Shown here: one piece after another, positions 25,404-37,875 of the stretch
How positions within the stretch are numbered: the stretch's first letter is position 1
Layout: each line of letters begins with the position of its first letter
NCBI RefSeq assembly: GCF_020745735.1
Contig: NC_083421.1
Span: forward strand, 15,649,040-15,713,039
Direction of reading: 5' to 3'
Source of the DNA: Hemiscyllium ocellatum
Lineage: Eukaryota
DNA length: 64,000 nt
Program-made: the position numbers and the translations under genes
The notes under the pieces: generated by a model
The model's database searches: none
What the model saw: the letters and a program-made list of their open reading frames with translations, nothing else
What the model was told of the DNA's origin: nothing

Positions 25404-25483
25404 AGTGAGTGTATTGGTCTACATCATTGTGATACTACAGTGGGTCACAGTGTTGTGCACAGCGACATCCTCATACAATAACT
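25404..25483 (+). other. D1 segment (25432-25445, ATACTACAGTGGGT) with 5' 12-RSS and 3' 22-RSS
   Basis: AGTGAGTGT-12-CATTGTG / D / CACAGTG-22-ACAATAACT. Confidence 0.9.
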
Positions 25484-25786
25484 ACCGACAAGGATTTATC
25501 TCAAATTGATGATTTCTACCGTGGCAGGAGTGAAAAATAATGTGAGATGCAATTTAAACGCAATCCAGTATTGCTAGTTTGTACAAATGCATAATTGTTT
25601 TCAACCTTCTTCGTGTTGATTGTCAAGTTAAATGTAGACCAAACCTGGAAAAGTATTCCAAGCTTTCAAAATACAATCAATAGTAAAAGCTGAAATAACG
25701 CACCAAATCATTTTTAGAGGAGTCTGAATCACTGCTTTCTAGGAAGTGAAGAAATTATCTGCATTTTACAGTTGATAGTCTGTCAT

Positions 25787-25855
25787 AGTATTTGACACAA
25801 CGTGTCTCAGTGATATAACTGGGGTGACACTGCAATTATGATCAATACAAAAACC
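25787..25855 (+). other. D2 segment (25813-25827, ATATAACTGGGGTGA) with flanking 12-type RSSs
   Basis: 3' side is CACTGCA-12-ACAAAAACC (perfect nonamer). 5' heptamer CTCAGTG has its best nonamer match, AGTATTTGA, only 10 nt away. Confidence 0.88.
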
Positions 25856-26182
25856 TATTCAGCCTCCATTGTTTGAATCTAGTCAGTGATTACTTCTACA
25901 AACCGTCTTAACTTGCAGTGCAGTATTAGTTCTGTAGGGCTTTATGCCAGTATTACTATTTAATTTATAGAAGTGTTCGGAAATTATTGATACATCAGTT
26001 GGGAATTTTGAGAATCAGCTCATGTGTTACTCTGTGAAGTATAAAACAGCGTTAAGATTTATCAAGAATGATCAGAATTCACTAGCGCAATTATGTGATG
26101 AAGATTTATCGTGACTTTATTTTGCCTGAGGTTCTGGAAATTTAAAATGATGGTAGATTTTTGATTTGTTTTATGCAGAGCT

Positions 26183-26221
26183 AGTTATTGTGTGACCCAG
26201 TCCAGGGAATGTAACACTTTG
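26183..26221 (+). other. J 5' 23-RSS, heptamer mutated
   Basis: AGTTATTGT-23-CACTTTG (consensus CACTGTG). The coding-proximal GTG is TTG. Confidence 0.85.
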
Positions 26222-26269
26222 ACTCTCTTGGCTACTGGGGCCAAGGGACCATGGTGACTGTGACTTCAG
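26222..26269 (+). CDS. IGHJ: JH segment
   Basis: SLGYWGQGTMVTVTS with WGxG motif. Donor GTAAGA at 26270. Confidence 0.95.
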
Positions 26270-26780
26270 GTAAGAACTTTGAACTTTCTTAATGATTTTT
26301 TTTAAAAATTCTATTCATGTGACTAGTTTCTGAATTAAATGAAGCTCAGATTCTGTGCTGAGTTTGGTTTCGTTCATATTGATTTTTGTTCAGACTGATT
26401 ATAGACTTCAGTTAAGGCTCAGCAAATAGTTAAAATGGTGATGATGGAGTCAGTTGCTCGGTGTATCTCTTTTTTTTGATCAGATGGGCATTGTATGGGC
26501 TGGGTTACTTGAAACACCTGATGTCTCTTAATCAGTCAGCTATAAATAATCTTTAATGTCAGTGTCACCCTGACTGTGAGTTTTATTATCAACAGCAAAC
26601 GCTAAGAATTCAAAGATGTTCAAGATATTACCAATCATGATTAAAATATGCTAAAATATCATTATTCATTTCTTGAATATATGTTCTTACCCTGATTATA
26701 TTTTCTCATTTATTTTGTTAATTTTGTTGATGGCAAGCAGGTTAAAAACTGTCATAAAATTTTCTTGCGGTGTTTTATTT

Positions 26781-27080
26781 CATTCTGTTGATTAGATTCT
26801 GAGTTTGTTTTATTTGATTCTGTTGAATTGAGTTGATTGGATTTTGGCTTTGTTTTAGTTGATTCAGTTTGAACTGTGTTGATTGGATTCTGACTTTGAT
26901 TTTACTTGGTTTTGTTGAATTGAGTTGATTGGCTTTTGAAATGGTTTTATTTGATTCTGTTGAATTGAATTGGTTGGATTCTGATTATGTTTCATTCAAA
27001 TCTGTTGTTTTGAGTTGATTGAATTCTGATTTAATTTTCCTTGATTCTGTTGAATTGAGTTGATTGGATCCTTATTCAGT
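26781..27080. repeat. Degenerate ~45-bp tandem array in the J-C intron
   Basis: GATTCTGTTGAATTGAGTTGATTGGA-like units start at about 26817, 26861, 26908, 26953, 26998 and 27043. Confidence 0.9.
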
Positions 27081-28658
27081 TTGTGAAATTGATCTGCGTT
27101 TACATGCTTTCTGAATTGGTGTTTTCTTTCTGGTGAGGAGATTGACTTTCTGGAATACTTTTCATTACCAATATTTGTGAAGTTCTTTTGTTTTTCAGGA
27201 ATCATTTCTGCATTTGTTAAACTTATATGACACATTTTTCTCTGCTTGATTGAAAACATTACATCCATTTGTAATAGTCTGAAAAACAACATAAGGCAGA
27301 AACCCGGAAGTGTGAGAAATGAAAAGGGTTCTTAATGCTTTGACTTTTTTAAAAAAAACTCAGTTCTAATTGTAAACTAACTGAATTTTGTTTTGAGTAG
27401 CCTCATTCAAAATAAAATTTGGGACTAAAATCTGAAACTGCAGAATTTATCAGATTACGTAATTGAAACTAACTTAAAATTATAATGTGGTAACGTTTGC
27501 CCATTCAGTAGTTCTGTTTTGACCATGAATTGATTAATCAATATTTGCCTTCAACCGCTCTACTGTGCGCTGCACAAAATTGTCACGATCAAGAAAGTTG
27601 GAAATAAATTGAACTGTTGCCAGAAACATTACAGCTTTAAGTGTTAAGTCCCCTCACAAATAAGGTTGCTATTATGACTTGTTATTTCTGTTCAATTTAA
27701 TCATTAGTTTGCTTGATTCTGAGCAACTTTGTTCGACTTCAATTAGTTTTTTTTGTGAGGTTACATCATGTTCTTGGTTCTGTTGAAAATGTTTGCAGAG
27801 CTAGGTCTGCTGCAAACACACGGTGATGTGATCTGGTGATCGTTGTTCTGTTGAGGAGGGACTGTGCTCGGGTAACATTAAATGTTTGAGAAACCGTTTC
27901 TGGTTTCTACATTGTTTTTGCAATGTTAACACGGTTGGTGACAGTGAACCGCTCCAGGTTCCTCATTCAATGCAATCAGCATGCGAGTTGAAATTTCATA
28001 AAGCCTACTATTAAGTGAAAGGCAAATAGCAATGGTTTTAGAAACAGATACACACGGGCATCATTTTTACTTAAAATAAATAATGAAGGATTAATCTAAT
28101 CCATGCTTCACAATCCAAATTCAGAACTCAACTATCTAGTTCAATCACAAGGTCTGTCATTAAACAGTTTACAAGTCATAGAGAAATATAAATAGAATTT
28201 CAAAAGTCTAATGTTCTAATAGTTCTTGCTCTTGAGCAAAAATGTCATGACTGTGCTACAATTGATCAAGAAACACCTTCCAATTCCGCTGTACACTACA
28301 TGCATATTTTTTACTGGCTGGAAAAGAAGATTGTCAAAGACCATTTGGAATTTCTGCTCAATTCTGTGAAGAACGGATCAGTTTCGCTGTTTTGATCAGT
28401 TTCACACGTAACTTGAGTTAATTAATTTTTATGTCCCTGATTAAACTGGATTTGCAGGATAAAAATAAAACATTAACTGAATTATTTAATCTGAACAGTG
28501 CTTTTGGTGTTTCCAATCTGTGCATTTTAAATAAATAGTCACATTTTACAACAAAATATCAACTGAAGAGTCATTCTTTCGGAAACAACTGCTATTGTGA
28601 ATTATGTGACCAAGGCCAAGTTTCGACTTAATTAAAATAATCCACTCTTGAACTCGCT

Positions 28659-29005
28659 GGGCAGCATGGTGGCTCAGTGGTTGGCACTGCTACCTTACAG
28701 CGAATAGTTCCCAAATTCGATTCCACCCTCGGGTGACTGCCTGTGTGGAGTATTCACATTCTCCCTGTGTGTGCGTGGGTTTCCTTTGTGCGCTCTGGTT
28801 TCCTGCCACAGTCCAAAAGATGTGCAGGTCAGGTGATTGGCTGTGCTAAATTGCACATAGTGTTCAGGGATGTGTAGGTTAGGGTTCATTAGTCAGGGGC
28901 AAATATAAATTAGGGGGAATGTGTCTGGGTGGGCTACTTACTGTTCAGAGGTTCAGTGTGGGATTGTTGGGCCAAATGGCCTGTTTCCATACTGTAGGAA
29001 CTCTA
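28659..29005 (+). mobile_element. tRNA-derived SINE
   Basis: A-box TGGCTCAGTGG, B-box-like TTCGATTCC, body TTCTCCCTGTGTGTGCGTGGGTTTCC. Confidence 0.88.
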
Positions 29006-29221
29006 CTCTTAAAATTATGGGAGTACCTGCTGCAAACAGATTATTCATTTTACATCGATGTGTTCAGACGTATGTTGAGTTCACAAATATGCAGAAGACA
29101 TGAACTAAAGGATAACAGAGCACATTGTGTATTGAGACACTGAAAATTGAGTAATAGTTATTTTAATTAATATACTTGACCGATCGGAATGAATCTGCTC
29201 ACATTAGTTAAGTGTGACAAT

Positions 29222-29515
29222 CATTTAGATTAGCTTTCCTGCAGTATGTATCAGGCCATTTGGCCCAACATGTCCACACTGATCCTCTGAAGAGTAACCC
29301 AGCCAGACACATTCCCCTACCCTATATTTACCTCTGACTAATGCACCTAACATTATGGACGATATAGCATGACCAGTTCACCTGACATGCACATCTTTGG
29401 ATTGTGGGAGGAAACCCACACAGACACAGGGGAGATTGTGCAAACTCCACATAGGCAATCACCCGAGGCTGGAACCGAGCCTGGCTACCTGGATCTGTGA
29501 GGCAGCTGTGCCCAC
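29222..29515 (-). mobile_element. tRNA-derived SINE
   Basis: Reverse-strand homolog of 28659-29005. Confidence 0.85.
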
Positions 29516-32500
29516 ATTTACTTAGACATCGGTTAACGTGGGCAACTCCAGACAGAAGCATGTTTTCAATTTATACCTTTTAAAACATTTTCGTTCATTA
29601 AAAGCAGTTAACAAGAAAATGATCTTGCCCTAATTCCTTCAACAGAAATTCTTACCACACTCGAATGCAGTATTGACTTTATGCAGTGCATTCAAAATCT
29701 CCACAGTTCAAGGAACGTATTAAGAATATGCAAAAATAATTTAGAGAATAATCCATTTCCTCCGGATCTGTGCTTTAATTGGTGATATTTCCCACCTCAA
29801 TAATTTTGTTAACTACAATGACTTATTAACTTTATTAACTCAGTGGTTATTTATGTTCATTGTGAACACATTTTCGTTTGATGTGAGGAGTTGAGCAATA
29901 TATCCTCTAGGATTAAGTCTGTTGTACAATTTGTTTCAGTGTTATCTCTGACTAACATGTCAACGGTCCTGACCATTTGTAAATTGTCCAGTTTGGATAC
30001 CTGAATCTCAGACAGTTCAATTTCATCTCGCGCTTCAAAACCACTTTTATCTGACAGAAATACGATATTCGATTAGGTGCCTCAGAATTGAAAGCCCTGA
30101 CTAAGTTGTTCCAATCAGAACGAACGTTTCAGGAACAAAAGGCAGATAGCAGGAGTTTAGAAATTGGTTGTTGGCAACAAGAGATATTTGATTGATCGAG
30201 GCAGAGGCAGATATGCTGTATGTTTTCTTTGTGCCTCAGTTATGCAGGACATGTTTCGAGGCACAATGTAGAATCAGAATTTGTTTGCATCTTATTATTT
30301 GAAAACCTATTATCAGCTTTTAATGTCACTGGCAACGGTCATGTTACACTTCAAAACATTTTAATCTTTTTCAAAGTAAGTAGACCGTCTGGTGAAGCAA
30401 CATTCGAAGGGGAAAGAAGAAGGGAGTTCTAGGTTGGAATCCAGTGACAGTGTATTGATGGCAATGTAATTCCTAGTTTTATTCCTCTGTAGTTCCCATA
30501 GAGTTTTAACAATTCGGAGCTGCTATCATAGTATTCTTGGATAAATGTTGAAATGTTACTTTCATTGCACACACATTCGGAACAATCCCTGGCTGTTGGA
30601 AGGTGTTAATAACAAACATGGTTTATGTACTGTCAAAAGAGGTGGGCTGTGTTCTCCGTGATAGTGTCAAAATCATTGTGTTCAGGTCTGTTGTGATGTT
30701 GAAGTAGGGTCCCTGATTCTGTGCCAGGTGGCCTGTGTTCACTTACAACCCGTTAGAGAGGTATGTAACACCATCTCTTACCAGGTTACTTCAGTGCAAG
30801 AAAGCAGGTTGAAATGTTTGAATGTTTGTTGGAATTCCACTCACAGAGGCCAGTGAAATCTATTCCATCGCTGTCCTGACTTGTGTCTCTTAGATATTAA
30901 ACAGAATTTTGATGGTTAGCAGCTTTTTCCAGATAAATATTTGTTCACAACCTTTTGAGCACTGCAAGATGGGGTTAATGGAGTAAGTGCTCAAAGAAAT
31001 CCCAGCTTTTGACTTGCTGTTCTAGCAATATCATTTATAACTAAACCAGAATGAATCATTTTCAAAGCATATTTGATGATATTATGCTTCGACTATTTTA
31101 CTTTATATTAAACCAGTGGTGTAGCTGAATTTGATTGTTCGGTAATGTGGGGGTTCCGCTGAATCCAACACTTGCAGCAGATGGTGATAGCTTTTCAGCT
31201 GGTCTTCAATTGCTCTCTCAGACCATCCAGTACCTCTGCTATGAATCCTTTTTCCAATAGGAGTCAAGCCAACGTAATTACTGTTTATCTCAACAGGTGT
31301 GAGCTCTTGTGCCAAAAACATGAAAACAATTTGCTGAAGAGGGGTTCTCTGGATGCGAAAGGTTAATCTTGATTTCTCTCCCCATCTATCTTTATTTTGG
31401 TTTTCTAGCATTTAAAGTTTGTTGTTTCATTTAAAAAATTTGTGTTCGATGAAACACGTTCTTCAAAGAAAAGATGCATTTGAACAAATTGCGAACGTTC
31501 AGAGATATTAAATATCAGAGAATCATTGAAATTGACCGCTCTGATCTCAAGCTGTAGTTTCACAAGAAACATATGAAGTAACAACACACTCCAGAGTGTA
31601 GTGGCTGCTGTAATTGGGTGGAAGTTATTTTGATCACTCAAATAGAGAATTTCAATGATCTCGTTCCAAATAATCAACTGAAGATTTTTTTGAAGCATGT
31701 GTGAAACAATTAATTTGTTGAAACATTTTAATAAAATGTGCTCACCGCCAGTGCTAGCCTGACGAATGACACAATGATTGGAAGTGGTTGGAGTAGGGCG
31801 CTCAGTCCCTCGAGCTGTTCCACCACTTACTTAGATCATGGTGCATCTGTGAGCTAAATCCACATGCCTCCCTTTGGTTAAAACTCTTTAACACCTTTGA
31901 TTAACAGGCAAATACTATCCAGGATTTACTGATTCGACTGCCCATAACAAAGGGAGATACTATTTCTGAAAGACATTTCTGAGTACTGTGACACAATGAG
32001 ACTGGAATTAATTGCTCATGAAAGCAAGCTTTAAATCTCTGACAATTTCCAATCGAAACATCCCAACCACCATGTTCTACTAATTTAATAAAAAAATATA
32101 ATGTGTGATTGCCTTTCTAAAAATGGGGCAAGCTTCATTCCCATTATTATGATTAAGAAATAGCTTGGTTCGTTCAGTGACAACACAGTCAAATCACACA
32201 AAAGGAAACCATATCATCTTGTGTAGACACACAAGTGCTTCAAATAATTTTCAACTCTTTCAGTGTTTGTTTTAATCTCTAGACAGATGTGGACGTGTCA
32301 TACTTTAAATATCGCCTTGCGAAACCAGTTGTCATCAGCCTATTTGAATTGCTGAAGGTTGTGTGTTATTAGCATATTCACAGCGCCGTTAGAAAGTGAG
32401 TCCCATGGCTGTGATCGAGGAAGAGTAAACGGGCAGGGAAATAGTTGAGAGCCAAGTTGAAGTCTGATTTGGAGGAAAGCTCTCAGGAGAAACATTTACA

Positions 32501-33469
32501 TACATGTGCGTCCTTATCCTCAAAGATCACAGTTTTGGAACATACTGCCAAAGGGACATGTCCACATGCAAAATGGAAGCTGAAGAAAGCCCCTCGGACC
32601 CTCTAAAATGCTAATCCATTCATGGGATCATCATTAATTTTGCTGCTCACCAATCTTCCCAACACTCGATAAGATTGAACCTGATTGCTTACTGTTCAAC
32701 AAAAGAACGGTGAACCTTTGAAATTCTCCACCACAGAAATTCATTGAGGTCAAAATATTAAATGATTTCAAGAAGGAGATAGATAGATTCCTTCAATCCT
32801 TAAAAAAAATGCTATGGATATGTGGGAGAAAGGCAAAAAGGGTACAATATTGGTTGAAAGCCATGAAAACAATGAATGGGGCATGGCTTGTAAGTTTGCA
32901 TGTAACGCCAAAATTTGTGGTATAATTGGCAGTGAAAGTTATCTAAACGCACAATGAGATCTTGATCAGCTGGGCCAATGGACTGAGGAGTGGCAGATCG
33001 AGTTTAATTTAAATGAATACGGCATATTGCTTTTTGAGAAGACAGATCAGGTCACAACTTACAGAGTTACTGGTAGGGCACTGAGTAGTATGTTAAACAC
33101 AGGGCCCTGAGGGTTCAGACGCATAGATTCTTGAAAGCGTTGTAAGTAGCTAGTGTGTTGAAGGTGTTTGGGACGTGTACTTTCATTGGTCAGAGCACTG
33201 AGTGCAGGAGTTAGGGCTTCATGTTGTAACTGTCCAAAACATTGGAATGAACTGCCAGAGGAAGCGGTAAATGCAGAGATAGGTCCAACACTTAGAAGAC
33301 ATTTGAACAGCTACAGGAACTGGATAGGTCTGGATGGATATGGGCCAAAGGCAGGCAAGTGGAATTAGTTTAATTTGGGATCTCTGGTCAGCATGGATGA
33401 GCTGGACCAATGGAACTGTTTCTGTGCTATGTAACTTTATGAATCACTGACTTTATGGTAGAGTACGCT

Positions 33470-34900
33470 CAAAGTTGGAAGGTGGTGAGCAAGTGAGGGG
33501 CTAGATTGGGAATGTGGGAGAGTTGGGCTGGTAGGCTGTGAGGTGTTGGCTGGCTGCTGGGTAAGCTTGCATGCACTCTGTCTGGCAAGGTGGCATCAAT
33601 ATAAATGGTAATTGTCACTGAATAATTTGGTCGAATTGGTAGGTGAGGGGTAGATTGAGTTGAAATGCAGGAGGTCTCTCTTTGCCAGTCTGGTTTATGG
33701 AGAGGTGGGCAGGATTTCAGGCTGGTTAGTGTAAATGTGGGCAGAGTGCAAGGATATTTGGGGGGGTGGAAGGTCACTGTAATGAACTGTCAGGTGGACG
33801 TGTTGTCAAAATGCAAAGTTTGAAGTCTAACAAAATGGTAGGTGGTAAAGGACAGATGCGAAAGGAGCTAGGATGCAATGTGAACAGGTTGACTTGGGTA
33901 AGATGAGAGGTCAGGGATCAAGGGTTGAGGTCATGCCTTGGGTAGTGGGCTTTTGTCAGAGGTTGTGGAAAAGATGGTGCCAGGTCCAGATTCGCCATGG
34001 ACCAGATACAGGATGGCAGGAGTGTAAATGAGTGAAAGGAATTGAGATCATATGTCCATCTGGAATATAGAATATAGAACATTACAGTGCAGTACAGGCC
34101 CTTCAGCCCTCGATGTTGTGCTGACCTATGGAACCAATCTGAAGCCTGTCTATCCTACACTATTCCGCTTTCATCCATATGTTTATCCAATGAGCTTTTA
34201 AATGCCCTGAAAGTTGGCGAGTGTACTATTGTTGCAGGCAATAATGCCCCTACTACTATCTGAGTAAAGAAACAACCTCTGACATCTGCCATCTATGTCC
34301 TCTCCTGCTAGCCATTACTATTCAAGGAAAAAGACTTTCACTGCCCACCCTCTGTTTATCTTTTATGTCTCAATTAAGTCACCTCTCAAACTTCTTCTCT
34401 CAAACGAAAGCAGCCTCAAGACCCTCATCCTTTCCTCTTTAAACCTTCCCGCCATACCAAGCAACATGCTGGGAAACCTCATCTGAACTCTTCCAAAGCT
34501 TCCACATTCTCCCCATAATGTGGTGACCAGAACAGTACACAATACTCCAAGTGTGGCCACACCAGAGTTTTGTACAGCTGCAGCCTAACCTTGTGGTTCT
34601 GAAACTCAGTCCCTCTATCGATGAAAGCCAACACAAAGTATGCCTTTTTAACAACTCTATCAAACTGGCTGTCAAACATTAGGGATGTATGTACATGGAT
34701 GCCGAGATCTCTCTGCTCAGCTACACTACCAATATGGATTGCCTTGGATGTGTTTCATGTGATACAAGGGGTTGTGTGTTCCGGGCATGAATGGGTGTGT
34801 AGCAGGGTAGGGTTTGTCAATGCGAATGGAAATATAGGTCGAAGCAGAGTAAGTGCAGTGGTTAATCTGAAAGATGAGGTTTGGTGGTGAACTGCGTGTC
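33470..34900 (-). mobile_element. Degenerate PLE-type RT fragments interrupted by a CR1 3' piece (34065-34735)
   Basis: YIDAT-like and PG-P-like RT remnants on both sides of a CR1 3' segment (LYKTLVWPHLEYCVLFWSPH). Confidence 0.55.
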
Positions 34901-35579
34901 AGTTTGATAGTTATTAAAGTTAAAGATTACTTGTTCATTTCTCAAATCATATTTACGTAAATACTCAGCTATAACACTCCAAAGTCTCTGAACTTTAATG
35001 GTCCTCCATTTTTAAGTGGCCTCCAGAATTCAGATAATTGTAAATTAGATGTTTCAACTTCCAGACAATTGGCATGAGGTCAGCCGTGACAGCCATCCTC
35101 CCTGTCCCAGTGCTCAGCTCCTGCCTGTGTTGCTGCTGCTGCTGCTTCAGTGACCTTCCACCAAGAGAGAACATTCTGCCTTGCATTGATAAGTGAGGAA
35201 GGGTCTCTGGACCTGATTTCCAAGTATGGGGACGGCAAACATGAGGGGACACAACTTTAAAGTGAGGGGAGATAGGTATAAGACAGATGTCAGAGGTAGT
35301 TTCTTTACTCATTGAGTAGTAAGGGTATGGAATGCTTTGCCTGCAACGGTAGTAGATTCGCCAAGTTTAAAAACATTTAAGTCGTCATTGGACACGCATG
35401 TGGATGTACATGGAGTAGTGTAGGTGGGATCGGCTTCAGATTGGTATGACAGGTCGGCGCAACATCGAGGGCTGAAGGGCTTGCACTGCGCTGTAATGTT
35501 CTATGTTCTATGATTCACTCTGATTTCTCTCCGGGGGTACTGCCAGCTGTTGGGTATTTCCAGCAGCACGGTATCTAGT

Positions 35580-35903
35580 GGGGCGGCACGCTGGTTCCGT
35601 GGTTAGAACTGCTGCCTCACAGCGTTAGAGACTCGGGTTCCATTCCAGCCTCGGGTGACTGCCTGTGTGAAGTTGGCACTTTCTCCCCATGTCTGTGTGC
35701 GTTTCCTCCCACAGTCCAAAGATGTGCAAGCTGGGGGAATTGCAAATGTTGTGTTCAGTGATTGGGAGGTTAGGTGCATTGGTCAGGGTTAACTGTAGCA
35801 TAATAGGGTAGGGGAATGGGTCTGGATGCGTTACTTTTCAGAGGGTGAGTGTGGACTTGTTGGGCAAAATGCCTGTTTTCACACACTGTAGAATTTCGAT
35901 GAA
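35580..35903 (+). mobile_element. tRNA-derived SINE
   Basis: GGGCGGCACG...GTGGTTAG...CGGGTTCCATTCC head with the same body as the other copies. Confidence 0.85.
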
Positions 35904-36241
35904 TCTGCATTTCCTTGGTTTGTATTTTGTGAAACTTCTCTGCTCTTCACAGCAATCCAGTGAAAGTGTCAGTTGGTGAGATCTTCAAACAGTTACTGGG
36001 GTGGGATCAGGATGTTCTTCTTCCTAAATTATATGGTAATGGTCAAGGTCGAGGACATGTTTCTAAAGAGGGAACCGATGATCATGATCAGCAACTGGTA
36101 GGAAATAATAATAAACTCCAGTTATGCTGTAGACTTCAGCGGGAGCATACTGGCAAATGTTTACAGCTGAGGATACATTTGATTAACTGATAAGGTCAAA
36201 TTAACAGAAACTAACATGCTCAATTGGTCATTCTATTGTAG

Positions 36242-36547
36242 AGACACCATGTCCCCCCACGCTTTATGGCCTGGTCTCCTCCTGTGAGGAGCACAACACC
36301 GGTTCTGTGATCTATGGTTGCTTGGCGATGGACTATTCCCCTGAGGTCACCAAGATAACCTGGAAGAAAGGTGGGGAGCTAATCACGACTGGATTGAAGA
36401 CTTATCCATCAGTGAGAAACAAGAAGGCAGCTTACACCCTGAGCAGCCAGTTAACCCTGTCCGAGTCAGCGGTAGGTTGCTCCAGCAAAATCTACTGTGA
36501 GGTTCAACACAGCGGGTCACACAAGACCAAAGACATGCCGTGTCCGG
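36242..36547 (+). CDS. IGHM: Cmu1 exon (intact)
   Basis: ttgtag acceptor, (E)[14 protein letters not shown]...[19 protein letters not shown]...IYCEVQH...PCP, donor GTACGT. Phase 1/1. Confidence 0.95.
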
Positions 36548-36639
36548 GTACGTGTTGTGGGAGCTGAGATAAACAGACCATCTGTGATTAATATGAATAA
36601 GGCATTATTTATAACAGTTTTCACAGAATCGCATTATAC

Positions 36640-37875
36640 AGCACAGGAAAAAAACCCTTTGATCCATCCAGTTCACACCTATCAATAACAGCCACCTAAC
36701 TATTCAAGTCTTTTTGCCAGCACATGATCCATTGCCTTGTGTGACTTGACATTGCAAGGATGCATCTCAATACTTCATACTTATTATGAGGTGCTCAGTC
36801 TCTTCATGACTTATAGGTGCTGAGCTCCAAGGTAACACCACCCTCTGATTTTGTTTTCCCCTGAGATCCGCTTGGAACCTCTTGGCCTTACCTTCACCCT
36901 GTGCCATTGAGCCACTGATCTCTCTATCAAGGGGAAAGGTTTCATCCATTTTACCCTGTCTATGCCCAAAATAATTCGAGGCATGATAATCTTCTCCCTA
37001 ATTCTCCTCTGCTCCAAGGAAAACCCCTGTCTATCTAATCTAGTTTCATAACTGAAACCCTCCAACCCAGGCAAGATCCTGGCAAATCTCATCAATACTA
37101 CTTTCAGTGTAATCACATTCCTTTGATAACATGCAAACAACGCTTCAGTTTGGCGTAACTAGTGTTCTATTAAGTTCCAGTATAATCTCCCTACTCTTCA
37201 TTGTCAATGATAATAAAAGCAAATGTCCTCCCACCTTCTTAGCTTCTTTATCTTGATGACACAGTACTATAGGGGATCGGTCGGTACATGCACTAAAGAT
37301 CCTCAGGCCTTTCCAGGGTTGCACCATTCAAAACCTCATACCTCACAGATTCTTCTAACGAATTACATCACCTTACATTTATCCAGAATAATTTCCATTT
37401 TCAACTTCTCTTCACATAACAACCAAACCTTTTATATCCTCCTGCAATCTAAAGCCATTATGCTCATGACTTAGCAACATGACAGTTTTCATTTCATCTG
37501 TGAATTCATTGGTTAATCCTCCTAAATTTGAGTGTCAATCATTGGTATGTAAGAGAAATAGCAAGGAAATCAACACCAATCCATACAGAACAGCAGGAGA
37601 CATAGATTTCCAGTCACGCAGACACCCGATGACTATTATCCCCTGCTCCCACCACTCAGTCAGTCCTAGATCCAGTCTGTCAAATTAACTCGGATCCCAT
37701 TGGCTCTGATTATTGTTATCATCTGGACATCGAGTTGTCTCTCTGACAACAACTATCAAATTGTTACACATGTCTTCCTTTCAATAAAACCGTGCTGAAA
37801 ACTGTTGATTTATCTTCCAAATGAAGACAAACTTCACTTCTCAATTGTTTCCCTACCACTGAGACTAGCTTGACA
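36640..37875 (-). mobile_element. Older CR1, 3' part (host of the nested CR1)
   Basis: Degenerate RT C-terminus (LNRTLV.P, RFARILPGLEGFSYETRLDRQGFSLEQRR). Confidence 0.8.

Noticed and set aside
26781-27080. CRISPR-like reading of the 45-bp periodic array
   Set aside because: Eukaryotic context. Inter-repeat parts are related to each other rather than unique spacers, and there are no cas genes.
32554-32573. GGACATGTCC p53 half-site next to octamer-like ATGCAAAA
   Set aside because: Single half-site and a mismatched octamer, expected by chance in 64 kb.
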